64,000 nucleotides of DNA from an uncultured Eubacteriales bacterium (GCA_934456365.1 CAKSHC010000002.1:211981-275980); one strand, 5' to 3'; counted from the first letter of the stretch, positions 1 through 8,808 are shown. Translations and numbers: made by a program. The notes: generated by a model not told the origin, from the sequence alone.

Positions 1-150
1 CTGCCCGATGAAAAGCTCTTTTCCTTCTCGGCCTCCGGCGCGGCGCTGCGGGAGCTCTATTTCGCGGCCGAGCGCTATCTGCTTGATCAGACGGACCTTC
101 ACCCCCGATCCCTGAAATTTTTCCGATCCCTCCAAGGAGAAACTCCATGA
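1..150 (+). CDS. 3' end of an unidentified gene (partial, continues upstream of window)
   Basis: Frame 1 is open from the window edge to TGA 148-150. GC3-rich codons. The stop overlaps the mutS2 ATG (ATGA coupling). Confidence 0.4.
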   Translation: MPDEKLFSFSASGAALRELYFAAERYLLDQTDLHPRSLKFFRSLQGETP

Positions 151-2513
151 CCGATGAAAAATGCTTGAGGCTGCTCGAATTCGATAAGATCCTCGAGCGC
201 CTTTCCCAGGAGGCGCAAACGGCCGCCGGCCGTCAAAAATGCCTCGCTCTTTCGCCCGAGTCCGACCGGATCGTCGCGCAGGAGCAGCTCGACCAGACCC
301 GCGCCGCCCTCTGGCTCTACGACCATAAGGGCAGCTTCTCAATGCCCGCCCTCGGCGATCTGAGCGAGCTTCTGCGCCGCACCGGCGCGGGCGGGCTTTT
401 GTCGCCCGCCGAGCTGTGCGATGTGGCCCGCGTCCTCGAGGCCTCCCGCCGCCTTGCAGCCTACCGCGGCGAGGAGGAAATTCCCGAGCCGGCGCTCGAC
501 GATTATTTCGTCCGCCTGCAGGGCAATAAATTTTTTGAAGACCGCGTTTTCCGCTCCTTCACCCCCGAGGGTGAGCTGTGCGACGCCGCATCCCCCGCCC
601 TCGGCGACATTCGTCGTAAAATGCAGCAGGCCCGCTCCCGCGTGCGCGAGGCGCTGCAGAAGCTCATCCGCTCGGCCCAGTATCAGAAGGCCCTGCAGGA
701 CCCCGTCGTCACCCAGCGCGGCGGGCGCTTCGTCGTGCCGGTCAAGGTCGAGCATAAGGGCGAGATCCAGGGTCTTGTCCACGACGTGTCCCCCTCGGGG
801 ATGACGCTTTTCGTCGAACCGGCCTCGGTCGTCGAGGCCAACAACGAGATCCGCATTCTGGAGGGCAGGGAAAAGCAGGAGGAGGAGCGCATCCTCGCCG
901 AGCTCTCGGCCGCCGCCTGCGACGAGGCCGAGCGGCTGGAGGAGGATTATGCGCTGCTCGCCTTTTTCGACCTCTGCTTTGCCAAGGCGCGCCTCGCCGC
1001 CGCCTGGAAAGCCACCGAGCCCCGGCTCAACGAGCAGGGCAGGGTGGTGCTCAAGCGCGCCCGCCATCCGCTGATCGACCGGGAAAAGGTGGTGCCCATC
1101 GACCTCTCGCTCGGCAAAACGGCCGATACCCTCATCATCACCGGCCCCAACACCGGCGGCAAAACCGTCACTCTGAAAACCACCGGCCTTCTCTGCGCCC
1201 TCGCCGCCTCCGGCCTCTTTATCCCCTGCGACGACGGCTCGGAAATCGCCCTGTTTGACCGCATCCTGGTCGACATCGGCGACGAGCAGTCCATCGAGCA
1301 GTCGCTCTCCACCTTCTCCGGCCACATGACCAATCTGGTCGCCATTCTGAAAAAGGTCACCGGCCGCTCCCTCTGCCTCTTCGACGAGCTGGGAGCCGGC
1401 ACCGATCCCATCGAGGGCGCCGCATTGAGCCAGGCCATTTTGGAGGAGATCCGCGAAAAGGGCGCCAGGATCCTCTGTACCACCCATTATCCCGAGCTGA
1501 AGATCTATGCCCTCCAAACCGAAGGGGTGCAGAATGCCTCCTGCGAGTTTGATGTGGCCACCCTTCGCCCCACCTATCGGCTCATCCTCGGCACCCCCGG
1601 CCGCTCCAATGCCTTTGCCATTTCCGAGCGCCTTGGGCTGCCGCGCCCGATCCTGGAGCGCGCCGCCAACCATCTCGACCAGAGTGACGTCGACTTCGAA
1701 AAGCTTCTCCAGCGCATCGAGGAAAACCGACTGGAAACCGAAAAAATGCGCCGCGAAGCGGAGGACGCCGAGCGTCGCGCCCGGGAAACTGAAAACCGCG
1801 CCAAAACCATGGCGCGCGACTACGAGAAAAAGCTCAATCAGGAGCTCGACCGGTCCCGCGCCGAGGGCAAGCGCGTCGTTGCTTCGGCCCGCGCCCGTAT
1901 CGATTCGGTGCTCGACGAGCTCGATTCCCTCATCAAAGAAAAGGAACGCGCCGACTTCAAGGAGCGCGTCGGCGCCTTCCGCAGCAAAACGAAAGCCACC
2001 CTCAAGGAGCTTGACAACGAGATCGACCCCGTCCGCGAAGAAAAAACGGTCTATGTCCTGCCCCGTCCTCTCAAAATCGGCGATACGGTGGAGGTCCCCG
2101 GCATCGCCCGCGCCGCCCGTGTCCTCTCCCTGCCCGACGGGAAGGGCAAGCTGCGTGTTTCCTCCGGCTCGATGAGCTTTGAGGTCGCCGCCTCTTCGGT
2201 GCGCCTGATCAGGCCGCCCCGCGAAAAGAAGGCCTATGTACCATCATCCACCGGCAAAGCGCAGGGTGCCGGCACCTCGCTCAATATCATCGGCAAGCGC
2301 GCCGCCGAGGCCGAGCCCGAGGTCGAGCAGTTTATCGACCGCGCGGTGCTCTGCAACCTTTCGGAGGTCACCATCGTCCACGGAAAAGGCACCGGTGCGC
2401 TGCGCCAGGCTGTTTGGGATCTGCTGCGCGCCCATCCCTCGGTCGAATCCATGCGTCTGGGCGCCTACGGCGAGGGCGACGCCGGGGTCACAGTAGTCAA
2501 GTTAAAGCAGTGA
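147..2513 (+). CDS. mutS2: Endonuclease MutS2 (MutS ATPase core plus C-terminal Smr domain)
   Basis: 788 aa. Walker A ITGPNTGGKT, DELGAGTDP motif, coiled-coil region, C-terminal Smr-like VTIVHGKGTGALR. Confidence 0.95.
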   Translation: MTDEKCLRLLEFDKILERLSQEAQTAAGRQKCLALSPESDRIVAQEQLDQTRAALWLYDHKGSFSMPALGDLSELLRRTGAGGLLSPAELCDVARVLEASRRLAAYRGEEEIPEPALDDYFVRLQGNKFFEDRVFRSFTPEGELCDAASPALGDIRRKMQQARSRVREALQKLIRSAQYQKALQDPVVTQRGGRFVVPVKVEHKGEIQGLVHDVSPSGMTLFVEPASVVEANNEIRILEGREKQEEERILAELSAAACDEAERLEEDYALLAFFDLCFAKARLAAAWKATEPRLNEQGRVVLKRARHPLIDREKVVPIDLSLGKTADTLIITGPNTGGKTVTLKTTGLLCALAASGLFIPCDDGSEIALFDRILVDIGDEQSIEQSLSTFSGHMTNLVAILKKVTGRSLCLFDELGAGTDPIEGAALSQAILEEIREKGARILCTTHYPELKIYALQTEGVQNASCEFDVATLRPTYRLILGTPGRSNAFAISERLGLPRPILERAANHLDQSDVDFEKLLQRIEENRLETEKMRREAEDAERRARETENRAKTMARDYEKKLNQELDRSRAEGKRVVASARARIDSVLDELDSLIKEKERADFKERVGAFRSKTKATLKELDNEIDPVREEKTVYVLPRPLKIGDTVEVPGIARAARVLSLPDGKGKLRVSSGSMSFEVAASSVRLIRPPREKKAYVPSSTGKAQGAGTSLNIIGKRAAEAEPEVEQFIDRAVLCNLSEVTIVHGKGTGALRQAVWDLLRAHPSVESMRLGAYGEGDAGVTVVKLKQ

Positions 2514-2514
2514 T

Positions 2515-2850
2515 GAACGAGGAATGAGAAATGAGAAATTAAGGTAGGCGCGGGGCGCGCCATCCGATAGAATGCCCTTGTCCTTTAACGCGCCGCAGGC
2601 GCGGCACCGATGAGCAAAAAGAAACGCCCCACACGCAAAAAGAACGAAGTTCTCTGCGTGGGGGCGGAGCGTTTGCGAGTCGAAAGGAGGGGAGCGAGCC
2701 GACCGCCGCCGGTGGCGGAGGAAGGAAGGCGAGCGAGTGGCCGCGGTCGAATTTTTCAAGCGAGCGCTGCGAGCGCCGAAAAAGGCGGGCACCGCAACAG
2801 GAGCAAGGAAGCGGGCGACGACATTTTTTTGTTTTTCAAACAAAAAAATC
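2515..2850 (-). repeat. tRNA-downstream repeat family A, copy 1 (inverted relative to copy at 60487-60775)
   Basis: The 123-nt core (2679-2801) differs from the reverse complement of 60508-60630 only at one base and one short 6-8 nt patch. Shared terminal module: GGCGCGC hairpin plus CTCATTY heptads (2515-2580). Begins right after the tRNA-Thr terminator. Confidence 0.75.
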
Positions 2851-2878
2851 GTCGGAGCAAAGCGAACTTTGCTCCGAC
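2842..2878 (-). terminator. Rho-independent terminator of tRNA-Thr(CGT)
   Basis: 12-bp stem GTCGGAGCAAAG/CTTTGCTCCGAC with a 4-nt loop, followed on the minus strand by a T7 run. Confidence 0.8.
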
Positions 2879-2879
2879 G

Positions 2880-2954
2880 TGGAGCTGGTGAAAGGAATCG
2901 AACCTTCAACCTGCTCATTACGAATGAGCTGCTCTACCATTGAGCCACACCAGC
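2880..2954 (-). tRNA. tRNA-Thr (anticodon CGT), 3' CCA encoded
   Basis: Hand-folded cloverleaf. Acceptor GCTGGTG/CACCAGC, anticodon stem GCTCA/TGAGC, loop TTCGTAA, T-loop GGTTCGATTCC. Confidence 0.92.
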
Positions 2955-2967
2955 GATTGCAAAAGAT

Positions 2968-2997
2968 ATTGTACCAAATCCGTTTAGGTTTTGTCAA
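2968..2997 (-). promoter_or_regulatory. Sigma-A type promoter for tRNA-Thr(CGT)
   Basis: Minus strand TTGACA (2997-2992), 18 nt, TACAAT (2973-2968), about 13 nt upstream of the tRNA 5' end. Confidence 0.55.
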
Positions 2998-3026
2998 TCA
3001 TTTTTCAAGGATTAGGAGGAAAAATC

Positions 3027-3230
3027 ATGAAAATCCAGCTTTCCGTGTCCGGAATGGCCTGCGCCCACTGCGCCGCGCGCCTGAAAGCCGCTTTGGAGGC
3101 GCAGGCGGGCGTACTTTCCGCCGAGACTTCCCATGAGGCGGGTCAGGCCGTCGTCACCTACGACGAAGCGAAGACCGATGAAAAGGCCATCCGCCAAACG
3201 GTGGAAGACGCCGGCTTCGATCTCAACTGA
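3027..3230 (+). CDS. copZ: Heavy-metal-associated (HMA) domain metallochaperone, CopZ-like
   Basis: 67 aa with GMACAHC (MxCxxC) motif. Start moved to ATG 3027, which lies behind AGGAGGA. Confidence 0.85.
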   Translation: MKIQLSVSGMACAHCAARLKAALEAQAGVLSAETSHEAGQAVVTYDEAKTDEKAIRQTVEDAGFDLN

Positions 3231-3266
3231 AAAAAGCGGGAGCATGATTCATGCTCCCGCTTTTTT
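3231..3266. terminator. Bidirectional terminator (copZ / LacI-family gene)
   Basis: A5-GCGGGAGCATG-att-CATGCTCCCGC-T6, between two convergent genes. Confidence 0.8.
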
Positions 3267-3271
3267 GCCGG

Positions 3272-4324
3272 TTATTCCTCGTCCTTTAGTCGGCCGCGGG
3301 TGATCAGATAGGGATTGATGGAGATCAGCCCGGCCGAGCCGCCGTCGAGGCAGCTGAGCAGCGCGCGAAACGCCCGCCGCGCCTGCTCCTCCTGTCGCTG
3401 ATCGATGATGGCCGCCAGGCTCCCGCTGCGCAGACAGGCGCAGTTTTCCCGGGTGGCGTCCACACCCACCAGGCGCACCTCCCGGCTTTTTCCCAGCTCT
3501 TCCAGCGCTTTGCAGACCATCCAGGCGCTGTAGGTGGAAACAAAGGCCGCGCGGGGCGCGTCGGGCGAGGAAAAGCGGGCCAGCGCCTTTTCGTAGGCTA
3601 CCTCCGGATAATCGCAGCTGGCATGCACCTGCCCGAGGGAAAGCCCGTAAAAGCCGAGCTCCTGCTCAAAATTGTCGATATAGCGCTTATACATGTCCTG
3701 CGGCGGCACCACCGCGGCAAACACATCGGCCCGCTCGCCCGGAGAAAGCACCGCGCCGAAGAAATCGGCGGCAATGCGCCCGCCCACTGCGCCGTCGAGC
3801 ATCACATGCCCGCAGGTTTTGGTCAGCGTCAGCCGGTCGCCCAGCGAAACCACGGGGATCCCCTGCGCATGAATGCGCTCGATCGGGGCCCGCCGCCGGT
3901 CCTCGTAGATATCCGGATGGGAGAGGATCAGCCCATCGTAGCCGCCTTCGGCCATCTCTTCGAAAACGGATTCCGCGTCTTCGCTGATTGTGGAATAGGT
4001 CAGAAGATGCAGCTCCAGCTTCCCGCCTTCGTATTCGGCCGTGGCCTGCGCAAAGCCCCGGCGGAACTTCTCAAAAATGGAGGGCGGGGTGTTCGGCATA
4101 CCCACGGCGATGCGGATCAGGCTCTTATGAAAATTGCGGGCCACGGTGTTGGGTTCGTAGCCCATCTGCTCGGCCAGCTCGCAGATCTGCGCCCGTTTGG
4201 CCGCGCTGATATTGCTCTTTCCGGCCAGCGCGTTGCTCACCGCCGCCGTCGAAACGCCCGTCATGCGGGCCAGGTCCTTGATCGTCACCTTATGAGAGGT
4301 CAGAACCTCTTTCTGATACAGCAT
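3272..4324 (-). CDS. LacI family transcriptional regulator
   Basis: N-terminal HTH VTIKDLARMTGVSTAAVSNALAG...YEPNTVARNF and a periplasmic-binding-protein-like C-terminal fold. Confidence 0.9.
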   Translation of the reverse strand: MLYQKEVLTSHKVTIKDLARMTGVSTAAVSNALAGKSNISAAKRAQICELAEQMGYEPNTVARNFHKSLIRIAVGMPNTPPSIFEKFRRGFAQATAEYEGGKLELHLLTYSTISEDAESVFEEMAEGGYDGLILSHPDIYEDRRRAPIERIHAQGIPVVSLGDRLTLTKTCGHVMLDGAVGGRIAADFFGAVLSPGERADVFAAVVPPQDMYKRYIDNFEQELGFYGLSLGQVHASCDYPEVAYEKALARFSSPDAPRAAFVSTYSAWMVCKALEELGKSREVRLVGVDATRENCACLRSGSLAAIIDQRQEEQARRAFRALLSCLDGGSAGLISINPYLITRGRLKDEE

Positions 4325-4397
4325 CGCTTCTCTTCCTTTGTTTTAATCCTTTTTATTATAGCATTCGTTTTCCGGGCAAGTCAACCATGCCTTTTGG

Positions 4398-4439
4398 GGG
4401 TAAAACGTTTACCCTCCCCGATCCGTAAAATGTTTTACG
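4398..4439. promoter_or_regulatory. Two LacI-type palindromic operators upstream of the LacI-family gene
   Basis: GGGTAAA-ACG-TTTACCC (4398-4414) and CGTAAAA-TG-TTTTACG (4424-4439). Both share the GTAAA..TTTAC arms. Confidence 0.5.
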
Positions 4440-4461
4440 TTTTTCCATAGGCAAGCAAAAC

Positions 4462-4483
4462 GGGCGCATCCATCGATGCGCCC
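4462..4483 (-). terminator. Hairpin terminator after the membrane XRE regulator gene
   Basis: GGGCGCATC-catc-GATGCGCCC, with a short T run on the minus strand (GTTTTGC). Confidence 0.5.
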
Positions 4484-4494
4484 GCATTTTTCGC

Positions 4495-5070
4495 TTACCG
4501 AGCCTTGATGCGCGACCAGAGCAGGATGATCGCCTGCCCGGGGATCCCCAGCGTGAAGATCAGCCAGAAATTCACCTTGGCGAAAACCAGCAGGGAAAGA
4601 TACACCGAGCCCAGAACCGTCCACATCAGAAGCGAAACGATCAGGAAATTTTTGCGCGGATTGAACCAGACCGAATTGAAAACCAGCCAAAGGATCATCG
4701 AGGCCGGCACGGCGTAAACAAAAGGCATCCAGGGAAACGAGGAGAGCGGCAGGATGAAAAATAAAGTGGCGATCATCCAGACGAGCAGAATGCACATCCC
4801 CGTGATAAAAGCCCGGTTGTGCTTTTCCCGGCGGCTCATCTCGGCGGCCGGCTGATCGTGCTCCGACTCCAAAAGATAATCCACCGAAACCGAAAACAGC
4901 GAGGCGATTTCTTTCAGAACCGACACGTCGGGAATCGATTCGCCCCGCTCCCATTTGGAAACGGCCTTGTCCGAATAGCTCAGGGCCTGCGCCAGCTCGA
5001 TCTGCGTCATCCCGCTTTCCCGCCGCAGCGCCGCGATGTTGCGCGCCACCGTTTGCTTCAGATCTTCCAT
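4495..5070 (-). CDS. Membrane-anchored XRE-family HTH regulator
   Basis: N-terminal Cro/C1 HTH (MTQIELAQALSYSDKAVSKWERGESIPD) followed by about 4 predicted TM helices. Confidence 0.85.
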   Translation of the reverse strand: MEDLKQTVARNIAALRRESGMTQIELAQALSYSDKAVSKWERGESIPDVSVLKEIASLFSVSVDYLLESEHDQPAAEMSRREKHNRAFITGMCILLVWMIATLFFILPLSSFPWMPFVYAVPASMILWLVFNSVWFNPRKNFLIVSLLMWTVLGSVYLSLLVFAKVNFWLIFTLGIPGQAIILLWSRIKAR

Positions 5071-5233
5071 CTTCGTCTCCTTTCCCGAAAGGTTTCTTTT
5101 ATTATAGCATAAAAGCCTCCCGGTGACAACCCGGAAAAATTCGCCCCCGTTCGACGGGATTTTTCATCCTCTTCCTGGTGCGGCCGATCGGTGCGGCGGC
5201 CCCGAATTTTTTGCAGCTTTTTTCGGGCCGTTC

Positions 5234-5284
5234 TTGAATTTGCCGATAGGCTATGGTATAGTATAATTAACTAATCGATCAGTT
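5234..5284 (+). promoter_or_regulatory. Promoter plus TetR-type operator of the surface-protein operon
   Basis: TTGAAT (5234-5239), 17 nt, TGgTATAGT (5254-5262). The 16-bp palindrome AACTAATCGATCAGTT (5269-5284) is symmetric at 14 of 16 positions and sits just downstream of the -10. Confidence 0.55.
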
Positions 5285-5307
5285 GCCAAAAGAAGGAAGG
5301 AACGGAT

Positions 5308-5913
5308 ATGAGAACGACAGAACAGCAGCACAACGAGCGCAAACGCGAGATCATGGAAAAGTGCTTTGCCTGCTATGCGGAAAACGGGCTGACGGGCACG
5401 GGCATCAAGGCTTTGGCAGCGGCCTGCGGCTGTACCACGGGAAATCTGTATTCCTATTTCAATAGCGTGGATGAGCTGATTTTGGAATCGACCGCCTACT
5501 GCATGGCAAAGGTGGAGGACGATTTCATGAAAAAAGCCCCGACCGATCCCCGGGACGCCATGCGCTTTATCGAGGAGATCCCCTATTGGACGGCACGGGA
5601 GCACGGCAAGAAATACCGGCTGATGTATCAGATTTACACCCATCCGAAATATATTGAATATGGCAAGAGGTTTTTCGAGGGCGTGAACGAGCGCTATACC
5701 GAGTATGCCAGGCAGCTGGAACCGAAGATCGGCATTCCCTATACGACGATCACGCCGCTGATCTTCATCTTTGTGCGCGCCTGCGTGCACTACGCCATGT
5801 TCGAGGACGAATACTATCTGAAAGCCCAGATGGAGGTTCTGAAGCAGGGCGTTGCCCTGTTTGCTGATAAATACCGCTCACAATATCTGAATCACGGAGG
5901 GGATGCGAAATGA
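5308..5913 (+). CDS. TetR/AcrR family transcriptional regulator
   Basis: N-terminal TetR HTH (GLTGTGIKALAAACGCTTGNLYSYF). Its stop overlaps the next ATG (ATGA at 5910-5913). Confidence 0.9.
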   Translation: MRTTEQQHNERKREIMEKCFACYAENGLTGTGIKALAAACGCTTGNLYSYFNSVDELILESTAYCMAKVEDDFMKKAPTDPRDAMRFIEEIPYWTAREHGKKYRLMYQIYTHPKYIEYGKRFFEGVNERYTEYARQLEPKIGIPYTTITPLIFIFVRACVHYAMFEDEYYLKAQMEVLKQGVALFADKYRSQYLNHGGDAK

Positions 5914-6992
5914 GAAGATGGCTGCGAGGGATCGTTTGTCTGCTTGTGATGTCGGTCGTGCTTTTCGCCGGGTGCAGCAGCACTCAGCAAACAAGCACGG
6001 CACAGGACCGGCCGGAGGTGCGCAACAACGGCACGGCGATCCAGTGGAAGTATGGCAGTGAGAGCGAGTGGCGCGACCTTGTGGCGCTTGCGGATCTTAT
6101 GGGCGCCTCGGGAGAAAAGGGCGCGGCCGGGATCGCCGGTAAAGACGGCATTGATGGCAGAAACGGCGTCGATGGCAAAAACGGCGCCGACGGCAAAACC
6201 GTTGAGGTGAGAAAAACCGATTCCAGCATTCAGTGGCGGGTTGAAGGCGGCGAGTGGCAGGATCTTGTGGCGCTCTCCGATCTTTCCGGCCCCTCCGGGA
6301 AAAGCGGCGCGGACGGAGCAAACGGCGCAAACGGCAAAACGCCGGAATTCCGGGTGAACGAAAACACCCTGCAATGGCGCTACATCGGCGATGAGATCTG
6401 GCTGAACCTGTATGATCTTTCCGCCTTGAAAGGGCTCGACGGCAAAGACGGCGCAGCCGGGAAAGACGGCGTAAACGGCAAAGACGGCACTGACGGCAAG
6501 GATGGAATCGACGGGCAAAATGGCAAGGACGGCAGCTGCCCAGGCTATTTTTACGCAGAGGGAAGCGTTTCGGCCTGGCCTCTTCAATACGGATCCCAAA
6601 AAATTTCTCTTTCGGAAGTCATCAACAAGGGCGGCCTGATCGCAGCCACACAGGACGGCGGCCTTACCCTGAAAAAGGGGCATACCTACCGCGTTATCAT
6701 AAGCGGCTCGCTCGGGGTGTGCTCGGGCGCTTCCGATGGCAGCGGCTATTATGGCATTCAGCTGACAGACAGCAGCGCCACCCCCGACTTCTGCCGGGAG
6801 ATCACCCGCATAAAACGGGACGGAGTGAGCGCAGCCATTCCCTACAGCACCGACTACCATTCCTTCCATTTCACCAGGCTGTACGACGCGTCCGCGCAGG
6901 ATATAACCCTGAAATTCCTGTTTGAGCAATCCGAATACGATACCTATATCGAACGCTTCAGAGGCACGATCACCATAACCGCCCTGGACTGA
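5910..6992 (+). CDS. Collagen-like repeat lipoprotein with C-terminal globular domain (surface protein P1)
   Basis: Lipobox LFAGC. Three IQW(K/R)Y..W.DL..L.DL modules each followed by Pro-poor GXY tracts (GKDGIDGRNGVDGKNGADG). About 150-aa beta-rich C-terminal domain. Confidence 0.85.
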   Translation: MRRWLRGIVCLLVMSVVLFAGCSSTQQTSTAQDRPEVRNNGTAIQWKYGSESEWRDLVALADLMGASGEKGAAGIAGKDGIDGRNGVDGKNGADGKTVEVRKTDSSIQWRVEGGEWQDLVALSDLSGPSGKSGADGANGANGKTPEFRVNENTLQWRYIGDEIWLNLYDLSALKGLDGKDGAAGKDGVNGKDGTDGKDGIDGQNGKDGSCPGYFYAEGSVSAWPLQYGSQKISLSEVINKGGLIAATQDGGLTLKKGHTYRVIISGSLGVCSGASDGSGYYGIQLTDSSATPDFCREITRIKRDGVSAAIPYSTDYHSFHFTRLYDASAQDITLKFLFEQSEYDTYIERFRGTITITALD

Positions 6993-7022
6993 GCCGATCC
7001 ACAGAAAACGGAGGTGCGGAAC

Positions 7023-8808
7023 ATGAAAAAACGAATCCTCGGCGTCCTGCTCGCCCTTTGTCTGGTGCTTGGAATGATGCCGACGGCCGTCTTTGCCGAA
7101 GGCGGCGCAAAGAAAAAGCATTACCCTCGGCACAACCGCTTTTGAGGGCGTTCAGAAAAGCAGCGTCCGGTTCGGCAGCTACAAGCAGTCGAGCGACGGC
7201 AGCGGCGGCTTTCAGACGGAGCCTGTCAGATGGCGCGTTCTGCGCCGCTCGGAGGGGCTGGTATGGCTCCTTTCGGATAAAATCCTGGATACCTATTATT
7301 ACCACAGCGAAGACGGATGGTATCATGATGTGTACTGGCAGGACACCCTGATGAAGCAATGGCTGAACAGCGAGCTTGAGGAGGGCGGATTTTCCGACGA
7401 GGCATTCAGCCCCGAGGAGTTTAAAGCCATTGCACTGAAAGAAGAACGGCTTGGCCGGGTGCTGCTCCTTTCCCGTGACGAAACGGAAGACCCCGAATGG
7501 TACGCAAACGGGCGCACCGCTCTTTTGGCAAAAGACAGCGATTACACCGCCTCCGGCGGAACGGTCGGGGCCCGCAACTTCGGGAAAAACGGCGCCTGGG
7601 TCCTTCGGGAAGACAAGGCCACGGCATACGTCTATTACGTGGATTCCGACGGGCAATACACCGACATTATGTACGGCGATTATTTTATCTTTGCCGTCCG
7701 CCCGTTTGTTTATATAGACGAAGCAAAGGTCCTCTTCACCTCTCCGGCCGTCGGCGGGAAAACGGCAATGGGGCTGACCGCTGTTTTCGGCTATGACGGA
7801 GAGGATTATAAGCTGACGGTGAAGGACGATGAGAGAAACGGATTTCTTGCAAAGCTGAGGTCTTATGCGGGAAACATCGTTCAGTTTGATTACGAGGGCG
7901 CCAAAACGGGCGGCAATGAGTATCTTTCCGCAATGGTGCTCAACGGCGAAACCGTGAAATACTACGGCAGGCTCAAAAACGTCGGCGCCGCGGGCGAGGA
8001 AAGCGGAACGCTGACGCTCACTCTTCCCGTAAGCGTGGATGCGGAAAGCGGCGATCGGCTGTTTGTTTTCAACGAGCAGTGCAACGGCGACGGCAAAACT
8101 GACTATGCAAGCAGTTTGTGCGAGCTTGCGCTGAAATCGGCCGGCGCCGCGGCGCCCCGACTTCGCATCCATCCCGAAACCGACGAGTGGGAGGTTTCCT
8201 ACGACGAGGGAACCACCTGGACCTCCCTCGGCGTGAAAGCGACCGGGATGAAAGGGGATAAGGGCGACGCCGGAGCGGACGGCGCGACCCCTCAGCTGAA
8301 AATCGGAAGCGACGCCCTCTGGTATGTTTCCCATGACGGCGGAACCACCTGGACCTCTCTCGGTGTGAAAGCCACGGGAGCGGACGGGAAAGACGGTCAG
8401 CCCGGCGCAGAGGGCAAGGACGGCACGACCCCGCAGCTGAAAATCGGAAGCGACGCCCTCTGGTACGTTTCCCACGACGGCGGAGAAACCTGGATCTCTC
8501 TTGGCGTGAAAGCCTTTGGGGATAAAGGCGAAAAGGGAGATCGCGGAGAAAAAGGCGACGAAGGCGACAAAGGAGATAACGGCGCAGACGGCCGGATCCC
8601 CTTCATCGGCGAAAACGGCAACTGGTGGGTCGGGGAAAAGGATACCGGCGTAAAAGCGTCGGCGGCCGCGGCTGCCGCAGGGGATTTGGCGGGCGCTGAA
8701 AAAAGCCCGCTGGCGATCCTCGCGATCGCCGTCGCAGGGGTTTCGCTTTTGATCAACATCGTTTTGATTTCGTATACTGTGCTGAAAAAGAAAAAGAGCC
8801 CTGCTTGA
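7023..8808 (+). pseudogene. Frameshifted DUF6273-like / collagen-like membrane-anchored surface protein (P2)
   Basis: Signal peptide MKKRILGVLLALCLVLGMMPTAVFA is in the frame of 7023 (stop at 7143-7145). The mature part is in the frame of 7093. The frames switch at AAAGAAAAAG (7109-7118). Confidence 0.8.
8155..8520 (+). repeat. Intragenic tandem repeat (about 141-nt period, 3 units) inside P2
   Basis: Units start near 8155, 8287 and 8428. The last two are near-identical and encode TPQLKIGSDALWYVSHDGG.TW.SLGVKA plus a GXY tract. Confidence 0.7.

Noticed and set aside
2502-2918. ORFs spanning the repeat elements (2502..2918, 2610..2891, 60343..60636, 60465..60794, 38325..38555, 38571..38765)
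   Set aside because: They run through tRNAs, terminators and non-coding repeats. Their apparent paralogy is simply the DNA repeat read in frame. They have no RBS and atypical codon usage.
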